A stretch of 64,000 nucleotides of DNA from Schizochytrium sp. TIO01 (lineage: Eukaryota > Protista > Bigyra: Labyrinthulomycetes). The notes beneath the pieces were generated by a model. That model was not told the DNA's origin, searched no databases, and worked only from the letters and a program-made list of their open reading frames with translations. Shown here piece by piece: positions 36,170 through 49,084 of the stretch (position 1 is the stretch's first letter; the number at the start of each line of letters is the position of its first letter). Where the stretch lies: NCBI GenBank assembly GCA_004764695.1, contig SMSO01000036.1:1612001-1676000 (forward strand), given 5' to 3'. The position numbers and the translations under genes were made by a program.

Positions 36170-36406
36170 ATTTGGCGAGAGGCATAAGAGTTAGCAAAAC
36201 TCGATGCCCAGACAATATCTGATTTTGTTGTAATGTCTGAGAACATTGTCCTCCTAAACGAGCGGAATTTTTGTCGTCGTCGTTAGTTCTCCATAGAGTT
36301 GTACAAGTTACGCCTAGAAAGTAGTACTAAGCACTACAATTACTTTCATGTATAGGATACCAAAAACCAAGAGACATTATCCAAACTCAGCTGTGCAATC
36401 GCCATT
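36170..36406. promoter_or_regulatory. Probable bidirectional promoter between PrimPol and the SAC3-domain gene
   Basis: Divergent ATGs are separated by only 237 bp. Confidence 0.5.
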
Positions 36407-38218
36407 ATGCGCAACACTGGAGCTCGAGGGGGAAGTAGCAGCCACGGGTCTTGGCGCGCAGGACCTCCGAGGCAGCCTGGAGGAGACTCCACAGGTGCCT
36501 TTAGTGTGAGTGGCGGCGCACGGGGAAATGTAAATGGAGCTTGGCGATCAAGTGCGGCAACGGGCGGAACACTTGCGAGTTCGGAACCGCAAGCAAACAG
36601 AACCCAGCAGAATATAGGGCGTGGCAATGCATGGGAAAGGCCAAAAACAGTGGGAAAGAGCTCTGCTCAAAATAAGGATTCGGGAATGCAATACAAGTCC
36701 TCGGTGAAGGGAGCTGTTGCAGAAAAATCACCAATTTGGTGCACAGAGATGTGCCCCGATGCAGAGCGTGAAGAGCGCGAGTTCGAAGGGGATCTTCATG
36801 AACTTGAAGTTTGTGGAATTGCAAAACGAACTGTAGCCTCGAGGTCAGTACGAAGGCAAGGCCCAGGTGAAAGCAATATTCGCGAGGTTCCCGTCAGTTC
36901 TCGTGAGAAGGCTGTGAAGAAGTACCGTCGTAGTGCTGCTGGTAGAGATCTTGGCTCAGATAGTGGCCAAGTCCGCGATATTCAAACACTTCGTCGAACT
37001 ACAACATATCTTGTCCAAAACATTATGGTTCCTGAGACTCGAGGAGCCGCAGCGCTTGAGGTTAAGGGACTTTATGATGAAGCTCTCCTTAAGTTCACGC
37101 GAGCCTACGAGTTTGCCAGCGACAGGTTCCGCGCGGTGCGTCAAGATATGAGCGTTGTCCTTGGACACAAAGCTTTGCATAATGGCAAAGTTACAAGTCA
37201 GGGTGTTATGAGTGAATGTGGTGATGAAGAGTCCAATGTAATCACGGCAGCGACTCCTGAAGATCGGCTTATGGTTGTAGAGCTTCTTCAAGCCCAGATT
37301 GTTGTGCACATGTGTGCTTTGCTTTATTTGGACAATATTTCTAACAGGGCCACGAGCGGTGGAAATAGCTATTTGACCCTCCAACGAAATAAAGTGGAAA
37401 CTTCATCTCATTCAAATGTGGTCGTTTCTTTTGAGCGTAAATTGTGCTTGGAACAAATCTCTCAGTGTTTGGCACCTTTGTTGCAAGCATACGACGGTTT
37501 CCCTTCGCAAGAAGAACCATCTCGCGAGAATCTTTTTCGTGCATTGGCATTGATGATACACGGTGGTGACGGGGATCTTGCAGTTCGATTAACCGGTTCA
37601 TCTTGGTTAGCTTTACGCGAAGAAACTCGCAAATCTTCTGAGATGAGGTCTACGCTTGCATTAGTTCGCTGTTGGCGTTGCAGCAATGTTCAAGGCGTGA
37701 CAAAGGCGCTCCAAGCACTCCAAGCTTGGCCACTGCTTACATTGGCAGCCAGTGCAGTACTTGCTGATGCCTCAGCTCGCGCTTTGGAAACTATGAATTC
37801 AAGCTTTACTCACCGAGAGCCTATGCCTCTCCCGCGCCTAGCCAAACTTCTTGGGTTCTTGGATGCAGCCGAAGACGAATCCCTAGTGCTTAGTAATCCA
37901 CCATGCAATTCCAAGTTGGCATTTGTGGAGCATGTATGTCGTTCATGCGGATTGGAGATATCTGACATTGAATCGTCTTCGCCTCCAAGTGACGATGCGA
38001 CAGACACAGCTTCTGGTGTTGATGAATGGGAGACACTTGCTACTGATTCCAAACCAACCTTCATTAGGTGTGTCACCTTCAAGTCAGCTAATTTTTCTCG
38101 TACTAGTGCGCTTACGACAGCGTGGCAGGGCAACGTCCCAGGTGCTCCTGGTGGACTAGCGACTTTGGAGCGCGTAATGGAAATGATCCAAACTGAAGCA
38201 GGCAATCATTTGACTTGA
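36407..38218 (+). CDS. SAC3/GANP-domain protein (SAC3D1-like)
   Basis: CTEMCPDAERxER, AVKKYRRSAAG, VRDIQTLRRTTTYL and YEFASDRFRAVRQD are SAC3/GANP family motifs. Confidence 0.88.
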   Translation: MRNTGARGGSSSHGSWRAGPPRQPGGDSTGAFSVSGGARGNVNGAWRSSAATGGTLASSEPQANRTQQNIGRGNAWERPKTVGKSSAQNKDSGMQYKSSVKGAVAEKSPIWCTEMCPDAEREEREFEGDLHELEVCGIAKRTVASRSVRRQGPGESNIREVPVSSREKAVKKYRRSAAGRDLGSDSGQVRDIQTLRRTTTYLVQNIMVPETRGAAALEVKGLYDEALLKFTRAYEFASDRFRAVRQDMSVVLGHKALHNGKVTSQGVMSECGDEESNVITAATPEDRLMVVELLQAQIVVHMCALLYLDNISNRATSGGNSYLTLQRNKVETSSHSNVVVSFERKLCLEQISQCLAPLLQAYDGFPSQEEPSRENLFRALALMIHGGDGDLAVRLTGSSWLALREETRKSSEMRSTLALVRCWRCSNVQGVTKALQALQAWPLLTLAASAVLADASARALETMNSSFTHREPMPLPRLAKLLGFLDAAEDESLVLSNPPCNSKLAFVEHVCRSCGLEISDIESSSPPSDDATDTASGVDEWETLATDSKPTFIRCVTFKSANFSRTSALTTAWQGNVPGAPGGLATLERVMEMIQTEAGNHLT

Positions 38219-38539
38219 ACGATAATTGAAGACGCGGAAAATATACTTGGATGTCTATTATATTTATTTGCAACGAAGTTAGAGAAATTTAGCCCCCCAG
38301 GAGAGAATCCCGCTTGTTTCAGATACAAAATATGTTTTTAAAAATTATCAAAATTACTATGTCACAATGTTTGACCATACGAAACTTAAATAGAGATTTT
38401 GCACTTGCGTCACTATGGGTGAATAATAGCCTAATTTCAAACGAAAACCGAAAAGCTAATATAGGCATGCAAATAGGTTATTTTCGTATTTAGTTTTTTC
38501 TTTTTAATTATGTGTGGCATATTGAAAGACGATAGATGC

Positions 38540-40642
38540 TCAAGGGAGTGGGCGACAACCTTGAGTCTCCGGGTACAGAAAAGTGACATCTTGGATACGG
38601 GTAACAAACAACAGACTGCCCTCATCAGTGTACTCAGCCTTGGAGTGGCAGCGCAGAACAATCTGCTTACCGTTGACAGTGATAACACGGTGGAACCACT
38701 CGCGAGAGTTTCCGAAGCGCACGCGATAATAGCGAGCCATGACAGATGTGGCATCGGACAGGTCAAGGGTGCCAATGAAGTTGGTCATGCCAACTGGATT
38801 GCGCTTAAGAATCTGTCGGGCAGTCTCATCAGCAGATTCTACGAGATGCAGCCCAGGGCGAGCGGGGTCCTCCTTAGCAGAAACAGTGCCGACAGGGACA
38901 CCCTCCACAAAGCTGGTGAAGCGAGGGTAGAGAAAGTCGGGGTCAACGCGGCAGTCGTGCTGCAAGATTGCACGACGCAAGAAGCGCGGCACCTCAGTCT
39001 CAAAGAGAGTGTGACAGATGCGAGCATAATCGTTGGCGAACTGGAGAACCTCCATTCCGTTGCTAAGGGTTTGCAAGAGGTGCTTGGCAAGAGCACTGCC
39101 GTCGATGTCGTTTACGAGCTCCTGTTCGGAGAGCGATTTATGTGTTTCTTCGGCATCCGGTACAGGCGCGGCGAATGGCGCAGGCCCGGCAGGTGCAGCC
39201 ATGCAGTTCTCGTAGGAGTGTTTACTTTCGAACACAAAGCTTGAAGAATCGTTCAATGATGCAATTGCTGAAACGAGTGATGAACCCAACCCTCGCGAGT
39301 CGTCGTGGCTCAGAGTGCTGCGCATGTTATTTGTGGCCGATGATCTGGCGGGTGTATTTGACAAGCTCGCACTGAATCCCGGCAGGGAAATAGCGCTCCC
39401 ATTAAAGTCGTCTTGAGATTGATCGTCAAAACCTCCGTTGCCTAGTAAGAAGTCATACACATCGAGTTCTCCGTGATGGTTTCCGGTCGCTGAAGATGCT
39501 TCTGGCGCTGTTGTGATGTCATCATAGTTTGTGTTGCCTGCAGCACTGTAGCCTGCAGAAGAGCTTAGGGTGGCATCAAGACCGTGTTTGACCTCGTCCA
39601 GAGTGGGCGGCAGGTTAAGATGAGGTTGCGATACGAATGTGTGTTGATGGGGTTGTGGATGTTGCATCTGACGGCCTCTTTTTGCGAGATGAGCAGTATT
39701 GTAAAATGAAAGCTCTGGAATATCGTCGTTCATGTCGTGAAAGCTACGTTTTCCCGTTGATGACTCATCACCGTCGAGGCTCAAAGAGGAGCCGTGGAGT
39801 CCGAGGGACCTGCCCAAGGGGGGCAACGCCATTGGCAGGCTTGAAGAGCTCGGCTTGTGTACGAGAGAAGCGCCTGCACGGGCTCGGCTCAAGGGCCAGA
39901 TGTGAACGATCTTGGCGGCATCTTCAACAATGTACTTAGCAAGTGCGGCTTTGGGAATGTTAAGGTTGGGGTCGTCACGGCGGAGCAACACATACGAGAA
40001 ACCCTCAAAGACGTGAAAGAAAAGTGAAGATTTGGTGGCCATGTCTGCGTCAAGGCTTGCTTGCTTCTGTTTCATGCGGGCCTGGTGCTGCATACGGCGA
40101 GCTACGATACCCCAGTGCGGCATGCTTTCAGAGAACCACACGGTTGATTTGTTAAACCCTTGATAACGAACAGGGATGTCAACGCCGTTCTCTTCAAGCT
40201 TGGCGAGCTTGCGCTCTTTGGAGACGTAGAAGAGGGTCTCATAAGCCGAAGTTTTGGGGTTAAAAGGTACTGGAGAGCCGCACTTCTGACGATGAACTCC
40301 TGAAGCAAAGCGACCTTGGAGGGAAGCAAGGAGAAGACGAAGAACGTCATCGAAGTCAAGGCGGGCAAGAGCGTCGTGCTCGGCAGGAGGAAAACTGTTG
40401 CGGGTTGCAACATCTTCGATGCGCTGCATTAGAGTCTGCTCACGCTGTTTACCCTTGGGAAGGTCCTCGAGAACCTTGGCGCGTTCGAGCGCATTAAGCT
40501 TGCCGGTGGCTACTCGAGAGTGCTCGACCTGGACGCGGATGCTCTCCTCGAGTCCGAGATCTTCTGTACGGGGGTCTTTCAGAGGATTGTTTGGGCGCGT
40601 TGTCATGACCTGGCGGCCTACATCTACTCGTTGGAATCCCAT
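38540..40642 (-). CDS. Hypothetical 700-aa protein with C-terminal PAS/PAC-like domain, putative sensor or transcription regulator
   Basis: Long ORF with biased codon use. The C-terminus ADETARQILKRNPVGMTNFIGTLDLSD...HRVITVNGKQIVLRCHS...DEGSLLFVTRIQDVT follows the PAS-PAC pattern. The middle is Ser-rich and disordered; the N-terminal region looks globular but is unrecognised. Confidence 0.8.
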   Translation of the reverse strand: MGFQRVDVGRQVMTTRPNNPLKDPRTEDLGLEESIRVQVEHSRVATGKLNALERAKVLEDLPKGKQREQTLMQRIEDVATRNSFPPAEHDALARLDFDDVLRLLLASLQGRFASGVHRQKCGSPVPFNPKTSAYETLFYVSKERKLAKLEENGVDIPVRYQGFNKSTVWFSESMPHWGIVARRMQHQARMKQKQASLDADMATKSSLFFHVFEGFSYVLLRRDDPNLNIPKAALAKYIVEDAAKIVHIWPLSRARAGASLVHKPSSSSLPMALPPLGRSLGLHGSSLSLDGDESSTGKRSFHDMNDDIPELSFYNTAHLAKRGRQMQHPQPHQHTFVSQPHLNLPPTLDEVKHGLDATLSSSAGYSAAGNTNYDDITTAPEASSATGNHHGELDVYDFLLGNGGFDDQSQDDFNGSAISLPGFSASLSNTPARSSATNNMRSTLSHDDSRGLGSSLVSAIASLNDSSSFVFESKHSYENCMAAPAGPAPFAAPVPDAEETHKSLSEQELVNDIDGSALAKHLLQTLSNGMEVLQFANDYARICHTLFETEVPRFLRRAILQHDCRVDPDFLYPRFTSFVEGVPVGTVSAKEDPARPGLHLVESADETARQILKRNPVGMTNFIGTLDLSDATSVMARYYRVRFGNSREWFHRVITVNGKQIVLRCHSKAEYTDEGSLLFVTRIQDVTFLYPETQGCRPLP

Positions 40643-43600
40643 ATTGTCTTTCTTATGTGTGTGTTGTTTTTATAATCAAATTCTGGTACTCTTGATCACG
40701 CCTCGGAGCGAGGCTGATTCACTCGGAAGTCCTCCCTCGTCTGTATTCGCTCAAATAAAAGGGTGAGCTTGAGATCGGATCAACCGCTCGCAAATTCCTG
40801 CGAGATAAAGAAAGCAGCGGCGCAGATGTTCCCTTTGCACCTTTTGCTGTACTATGGTAGTAGCCTGCTGGCTCAGCTTCTGCACACTCTCGCACTTGTC
40901 CAATCTACGAGGAAATTAGAACCCGTTGTTGGCTAATTCTCCTGCTCAGATAGGACAACGTAAGCAGCGAGGTTTGCAGAGAGACTAGTACTTGAGCAGT
41001 CTAAGGTTCTCTTCAGAACCAGCCCCACTAATAATAATAATAATAATAACAATGATCGATAATTATCACAGCAACGAGAAAAGGTGGTCCACGCAGGAGA
41101 AGTTCAAGAAAAGCCCACGTCGAGAGGTTTCACACAACGCGGGATGGATGACTCACAAACTCAGATAACCAACTGGTCTGCAGCAAGCAAGCAAGCGCGC
41201 AAGCAAGCGCTAGCAGCCGACCCTCTGATAGGCAGTGAGTGAGTTTAGCGATGAGCAAGCCCTCGTCCTCCTTCTGCTTTCTCTCCCTTTGCCGCTCCGA
41301 TCGATTTCTTTCTCTTGCTCAGACAGCGCGTGCGATGCGGACGCTGTTTCTCCTCCTCAGATGGTCGCGCAGCGCGGCGAGCTTCCAGGTCTGCTTGCGG
41401 CGATTCGAGTCGTGTCGGGCAGCCTAGGGTTGGGTCGAGTTGTGTCGCGTCAAGTCGAGTCGAGTTGCTTCTTCGAGTCGAGTTGAGTCGAGTTGAGTTC
41501 GTTGTTTGTTTGTTTGTTTGTTTGTTTGTTTGAAAAATTGTTGGAGAGATCGATTCTTCGTCAGTTTCTTTTAATTCCCTTTCATTTCCCTTTCATTCTG
41601 TTCTTTCTATTCAAACTTGGTTGGAATATTTTCCCATCAATCGCTTCTTTTCAAACCTCCGCCCTCCTCACAAGGCCCTTAATTGGATGAGTTTCCCTAC
41701 TGTCATATATCTGACACCTACTGTCCGGAGACCCAGTGTGGCTCTGAGGAGGGTGTTTTTTTTTACATTGAAGAAAAGTCATCTGTCTGTCTATTTGTTT
41801 ATTTATTTCTTCATTTCTTCATTTATTCCTTCATTTACTCGGTCTGGAAGAAAAGAAAGTATTCTTATTCTTCAAAAGGCGGAGAAGCGCTATGGGAGTG
41901 CTACCCCTTTCAATAGAAGTGGTAGCCGACTGGCTGACTTCCAATACTAAATGCTTCAACTGACTTTCATTTAGACACGGTAGAAAATGTAAAGAAGGTA
42001 AACAAGCAAACAGACTCAAGTCGAAAAGGAAATAGCTTAAAGGAAAGCTCTTCATAGCAAGTCTCTCAATGAAACGATACGTTCAAGACGGTGCCATAGA
42101 CATGTGTAGATCCCTGTAACCAATCGAGCCTGACTCCTATGATGGTCTATCTTCTGACTCGTCGGTCAGCCAAGCAAGCAAGCGAGAGAAAGAAGAAAGA
42201 AAGAAAGAAAGAACGACTTCGAGGAGTGTATGATGTATGTATGTATGTATGTGAGGGAAAAGCGGGACCTGGAAGTTTTTCCCCACGTGTTTGGAACAGA
42301 GGTTGTTGGCTGATCTTTCTACAATTCATTTTAAATGTAAAGAAGTTATTAACCAACAAACAAACACTCATAAATCGCTGATAAAGTAAAAACAAAAACC
42401 CTGTTGGCTATTCTACAGTTTGCATTTTGGTCTTCCTCGCCTCACTTCCTTTCTTTGCTTGTTAGCTTGTTTGCATTCGCTCGTGGTTGATCACATCTCA
42501 ACAATGCATCCAAGCATTAAAGCAAAGACCTGCCCAGAGCCAAGGTTCTGAGTGAGTGCTCGGCTGAGAGAGCGTCTCACATCCTCAGGAGCTTTTATGT
42601 AAGAAAAGAAACAAAGACTTTGAAAGAAAGAAAGAAAGAAAGAAAAAGAAAGAAAGAAAGCATGCAGAGGAGGAAGCCTGTCCACAGATAAGATAGATGA
42701 CAGGGATAAGTTTAATTGCTTTTATTGACTGCCACGTAGCAATGGAAGTTGCTCGGTATCTGCTAAGATGATCAGAATATGATCCAGGGACTCACTCCCT
42801 GCCCCTCTCCTTCCCTCCTTCGCGCCTATTGCTTGTAAGGACTGGTGCAGAATGTAAATGTATATATAATGAATAAATATATATACTTCTTCAAAGTTTC
42901 TCTCTTTCTTTCTTTCCTTCTGAAAAAATAAAGTAAATAAGAACAGACTATCTGAAGATGTGTTCTATATCTCGAGCATCAGTGATGAAATCATAGTAGA
43001 TAGCAGTGACGCTGAGTTTCATGTGAATAAAGGCGCTTGAGCATGATCTGTTGGTGGCGTATGTCTGTACTAAGTACGTACCTAGCTAGGACTCTCTTGA
43101 TGGCTGGGCTTTCCAGAGGGTAGGTCTTACGTAATCTCCAAAGCTGCTCGTCACGATTGGAAAACTAACAATAGTATCATTATAGAGTCTGAGAGTATAC
43201 TCAGAGAACGCAAGTGTCCTGCTGAAGTTCATACAAGTTTGCTATACCTTCGCCAGCTTCTCTTAGTTTTTTTATTTAAAACAAAAGACTCTTTGAAGTG
43301 AAAATACGAAAAGACTTTGAAGAAACTGAGAAGAAAAACAGGTTAAAGTAATTCACGCAGGGGCGATCATGCAATTGTACCCTTCTGTGCTCTCCTCTCC
43401 ATAATTTTTTGCGCATTAGACTGCCTATCGCAGTGTTCGCAGAGCTCCCTCCAGAGGCATATATGTGTAAAGCGAATTTATCGCAGCAAATTGCTGATAT
43501 GAGGAAATGGTGCGGACTTGACGGACGAAGAGAACATCAAGATCATCGTTCTAAAATAGTTTCTTCAAATATATACAAGATAAAAATAAATAAACCAATT

Positions 43601-46600
43601 CAAATAAAAACTAATAAAATGCTCCTATTATTTGGTTTTTGGTTTTTAGTTTAGTCTTTTATTTTCAAATTTTTTATATTCAATACCTTCATAGGTATCT
43701 TCGTAGAAAACGAGAGAGGCGCCGTGTTTTTGCGCGGCTTTGTTCCTTCTTGAATTGTCTTTCTTCCTCTCTGGCGGTCTTTCTACTCTACGTCAATGTT
43801 TCGCTTCTTCCTGATTTCCTTCCATTCTTAGAGACGCGTCTTTTTTGCGCACACTGACGGCTTTCTCTTGCTCTCTTTCTTTCTTTCATGCATCCTCCTT
43901 CCATTCAATTTTTAGAACGAATTGAAAGTTCTTTCGAACAGCAGGTAGCTTAGCTTAGCTACCTATTCACGTAGTGCCTGCCTTCTAAGTAAAGGCACGG
44001 AAAACGGACGAAGGCACCAGAGCGGACACATAGAGTAAGTACTCGTGGAGTTGAACAGTCAGTGCTCTGTGGAGTTTAATCTAATTTGTTTTGTATTTTA
44101 AAATTAAAAAACAAAAATAAAGGGAAAAGGCGAGTAAGTAAGAAGTGGAGAAAGGGAAGTGTAATGGGGCTGATGAGCTAGATGGAGTTCTTACAACAAC
44201 ATTCCTTCCTCGGCTATAAACACACAACCGCTCTCGAAGTGTTTGGCTTGCGTAGTGTAGGAAATATGAACATCTCCAGTGGCTCGTAGGTTGTTTGGCT
44301 GGCTTGCTGGCTGGCAGTCAGGTTGGCTGGCAGGTTGGCTAAGGTTATTGGACAGCTTTTGCAATTCTTGCACCACGTATGCCGTGAAGATCGGCCTGGC
44401 AAAGATTGGGCCGTGTTTAGCTGGCTATTGCTTGCTTGCTTGCTTGGGAAATTTGCAAGAATTTCGTCATCTGCAACAAGCTAGGTTGAATTGTTTTATA
44501 CATGCACGAGCATGGTGACAACGCGAGCTTTCTAGGGAGAATGCCTGTCGCAAGTGTTCTGTATTTGCATTTCACCATTTTAAGCGTGATTCTGAGGCTC
44601 TTTGCTGTTACATCGACATGATTCTCTAAAGAAATTGAATGTACCTATCTTACGATGCTTCTTATTCTTTGCAGGTAGTATGAAGGGAACATACGTCAAA
44701 TTGCTGGTGCAGGATTTGAGATCTATTTACAAGCTGAGCATATGTAAATTTCTTGCAAGTCATTCTGTGAGTTCTCGACAGCCACCTGCCAGTGCTTTTG
44801 AGAACGTCTTTTTCAGAGAATAAGTGGATTCTTGGTATGCTCCACCAAAAGAGCATCATAATTTTTTATGGCAACACTCTATATGGGGAATCATTCCTAT
44901 GCGTCCAGAAGCAGGTGTATGAAAGCAGTTATACAAACTTAACATTAATTTGCAAAATTGAAAGTTCTCAAGGGAGCATTTCTAGTGGGAAATCTAACTT
45001 GATCGCCTGGGTGTTATGAGCATACATACACATGAACTCAGTAAAATGAGGTATTGATTGTTTGTCTGAAAGCGTGGATCACATCAACGCGTAGCAGGTC
45101 ATTGTGCTCGCGCAAGTGTGCGCATTGCAGCATCTGGAGGCTACAGTCTCCCTTATAATTTAATATATATGTTGAGCGTGGGTTTTAAGCCGCCACGAAT
45201 ATGGTGCAGGAAGTATAATGCACTCACTCACTATTCGTCATGCTAAATAATTGCACTAAAGTGGTTTGTAAGCGCGAATTTCTACATCAACATGAGACTG
45301 GATCCACAGATCTTGCACATTGCATCACATATCTTCAACTTCGACATTGTTTTCTGCGCTTGGCGAATGGAAACAGTTTTCGTTGCTGCTCGCCTGCAAT
45401 TCATACCAAGTTAGCATAAGGTACAAGAAGTATATATAAGGAGAGCCGCCAGACAAGCTGCCACAAAAATCAATGCGGACTTACAGACCTCCTTCTGCAC
45501 GAGGTAGTACCTACTGCTAGGAGGACTAGGTGTAGGCTTAGGAATAAACCGCTGTGCAAGTGGGGTGAATTCGACCCAGGAAGTACGTAGTATGTCGGTA
45601 GATAAATCGCATATATCTATATATATGCGAAGTGATTAGTAGTCTTAACGCATGAAAGGGAACTTATTTTCCAAGAGTAAAGCGGAGACATTCGTTGGGT
45701 GGGCTCAACATCCTCGTCGCAATTGTTATCGTTTATTCCAACCAAAACCCAGGCAGGGCGCCGCCCGTGTTGCAATGTTGTTCGAAGAAATGTAATTGAA
45801 ATGTAATTGTGGCAAGGCACGCCTTGTGGCGGCAAGAACAAGTGCCGGGGATATTCCAGTGGACACGTATCGTGGGGACGAGCGAGCATACACTAACTCT
45901 AGAGCTAGGTCCATATGGGAGCCGTCCTCGTGGTGAATCTTGCAAACTTGAATGATGATTCACGAGCAGCTCGAGCTGCAGTCATTTGCACAAAACTCAA
46001 TCTTTGCATGTGCACCATTTCGCCATGGCGTCTCTCCTCTTCTCGTCGAGGTTTTTCGTGAACACTGGCGCGGTCATTCGGACTGCTCGCCTGCCACACA
46101 CTCACAGAGTGCTCGCAGCGAGCAGAGAAGCGGGCGGGCACGCAAAACTCTCTCACTTCTTCTTCTTCTTCTTCTTCTCCTAGTTATTATTATCATTCTC
46201 GAATCATGGCAGCGCAAGCTCAAGTTCCACTCGAAGCTGCCTGAGTGAGTTGAGTGCAATTCGCACTGCGCGTGCGTTGTTTCTTTGCCACTCCAACATT
46301 GGCCATGCATGCTTTACAGCAGAATCACACTCCTTCTCATAAATTTAAAAGAAAAAGTAAAAAGGAGATTAATGAAAGCCTCGAAATAAAAATTCTCCTT
46401 CGACTAGAACTGGCCTCACTCCTATTGTTTTCCGTAAGAAGCTCCGCAGGCTCAGCATTCGATGGGAACTGCTGGGAAGTTAAGTCGAGAAAAGGGGGTA
46501 CATTCATCCCGCTGTTGCGATTATCGTAAGCAGAGTAATTTCTACGAATTATTGGAGGCTACTATAAATTAGGATAGACATGGGAAAACTTGTAGTCCGC

Positions 46601-49040
46601 CGTGAATCATCAGACGTGAGAATGAAGAAGTAAGATGGAGGATCGTGCTTGAACCAGAGCCCGAGCTCCCGCCTGAAACCTCTGCTGATTGATATGCTGC
46701 GTGCCCTGCAGCGACTGCCGGAGGCGTGCTGGACAGCACATCCGTGTATCCCATGCAGCGATACAGGGCTGTAGCTCAGTGCGCGGGTTTATCTCATCTG
46801 TGAAGGCCGAATGATGTTCATCTTCTTGAGGCTCCACTCTGATTCTTGTTTTCGAATGGCTCGCGAAAAACGATACTTTCGATATAATAGTTTCTCTTTT
46901 TAATACTTACTTTCTCTTGACATGATGAAATTCAACATCCTACCTATAAATATAAATAACATTATATTTGATTTTTAAAAACAAATGTTTTTAAAGCCAT
47001 AAATGAAAAAGAGTACTAGAAAGAATGTAGAATAAGAACAAAAAGAGAACAACTTGAATGCAAACCATTACGATGTCAGCAAAACAGAGCAATTTGAGGC
47101 CAGCATATCATTGGCACAGAAAGTTTTGCCCTATACCCACAGCCAATTGAAGTCTCTGTTTGCCTGCAGGGTTATGGTCGGATGCGGCCGCTTTGTCCGT
47201 GCGTCCTTGGCTGCTGTGGGAGTGGAGCAGGAGCAAGACAGGAAGGAGTCTTTAGTTTAGCCTTGACCTGCTCTTCAAGAGGTTTCCAAGCTCACTCCCT
47301 TCTTCTTTAAGTTTTTCTTCTTTAAGTTCTTGTTTTTCTTCTTCTTCAAGCTCTTCTCCCTCTGCTTAGGACCTCACTAGCTATAACGGTGAGTGTTGAG
47401 GGAGTCGACAAACCGAAAGGAAGAAAAAGAAAGACCGCGCTGCGTATCATAAAGTGCGCACCGCTCCCGGCACAGCGCCTCCAGAAAACTTTGACAAAAA
47501 CTATAGCTGTTGCTTGTGCTTTTATTTACTGAGAAGAGGGACTTTCTTTCTTTCATTCTTTTCTTTCGTTCTTTTCTTTCGTTATTTATCTTGTAATTGC
47601 TAATTGCTATCAATCTAATGGCTATGATGATGATAGTGCAAGCAATCTGATGTCGATTTAAAGGTTAGTTTTTGATAGTGATTTGGAAAATAATGAAAAT
47701 AAAATAAAGGTGATAGAAATAACTTTGCATTCTCGAGGATATGAATTGATGAAGATCTCGAGCTCACATGGCAACTATAAATTTGACAACTGACTTGGAC
47801 TGCTCGTCCGGCAGGCAGGTGTTCTCAGAGCAAGTTGGCATGCGGCATGCGGTGCTGGATACCCGTTTAAAGGAACTTTGACGTGTTAGACAAACAAGGT
47901 CTTACAGTGAGCGAGGAAGCGGTGGTGTATACCCACCTACCCTCGCTTCTCGTATCATGTATTTGCAACAAATGAGAGTTGTATTTTATGAATGTAAAGA
48001 ATTGCTGAAGAAAATTAGATTTGCTTTGGGAGGCAAAAAGATCAGCTGAGCAAACCCTGATATTATATATAATCTGCAACCCTTTCGCAGCCTTTCACCA
48101 GGATGATATTGTTAATCACATGCTCAATTGATTATCCTGGAAATCTGATCATGTATCTATCTAGATTTACAAAGTTGTCAGCTTCTAAACAGCTGCAGGA
48201 AGTTGGGTCAGAACCTGTCTGGCTCCGAGACCAAGCAACTGTCGTAACATAAAGTTATCATTTTGATCTCAAATGCCAATCGATCACAAGGTGCAGCGCG
48301 ACCTCCTTACAAGAAGGACTTGAAGGAATGATCCCCTGACCAATTAATTACAAGATCACCCACTATTATGAAAACAACAATCCATTCTGATGACTCCTTT
48401 AATTATTTAAAAAAAGAAAACTTTCTAACTAAGCTTCTCCGCTCTAGACAAGTACATAGGTAACCTGCAGCAGTCAAAATTTGCTTGAGCAAGAGAATCT
48501 TATTTCATTTATTTTGTTTAATATAAAAAATACAGAGAGAGAGACAAGCAAAAGCTTCAGTAAAATACTTCGACTAGCGCATATATGGAAAACCCTGCTG
48601 ATAAGCAATACCGCGGAGTATAGCGTGAGTGCTAGTGCAGGTAGGCCTCTAAGTACTTCCGTAGCTGAGAAAGCTTCGATAGCCTCGACTTATGCATTAC
48701 AGTAGCACCCGATGCGGGGCGGCTCCTCCTGTCCGCTCCACACGCTGCGTTCTGCTGTTCTCTGGGCCACGCCTTTCATGGTTTCACCCAACTACATACT
48801 TTCGACATTACATTTCATCGACCAAGTAAAACTGAAGAAGGGTTTGGATATGGTCACGTTAACTACCTCTGCGAGCAAGAGACCTCATCTCATCATGGTG
48901 TCCAATGTTTGTGGAGTGAGGCGAACGCGATGAGCCTTAAAGCGAACCTCGAGAGAAGCAGGAAGCACCTGCGATATTTTGCAGATTGGAGAACTTCTTG
49001 TTTGCAGTTTGGAGAACTTCTTGGTCCTGGAAAGATGTAC

Positions 49041-49084
49041 GCATTGCATTGCATTGCATTGCATTGCATTGCATTGCAATGCAT
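49041..49084. repeat. (GCATT)n microsatellite
   Basis: About 8-9 units read directly. Confidence 0.95.

Noticed and set aside
38510-39244. 244-aa + strand ORF
   Set aside because: Antisense shadow of the PAS-domain CDS.
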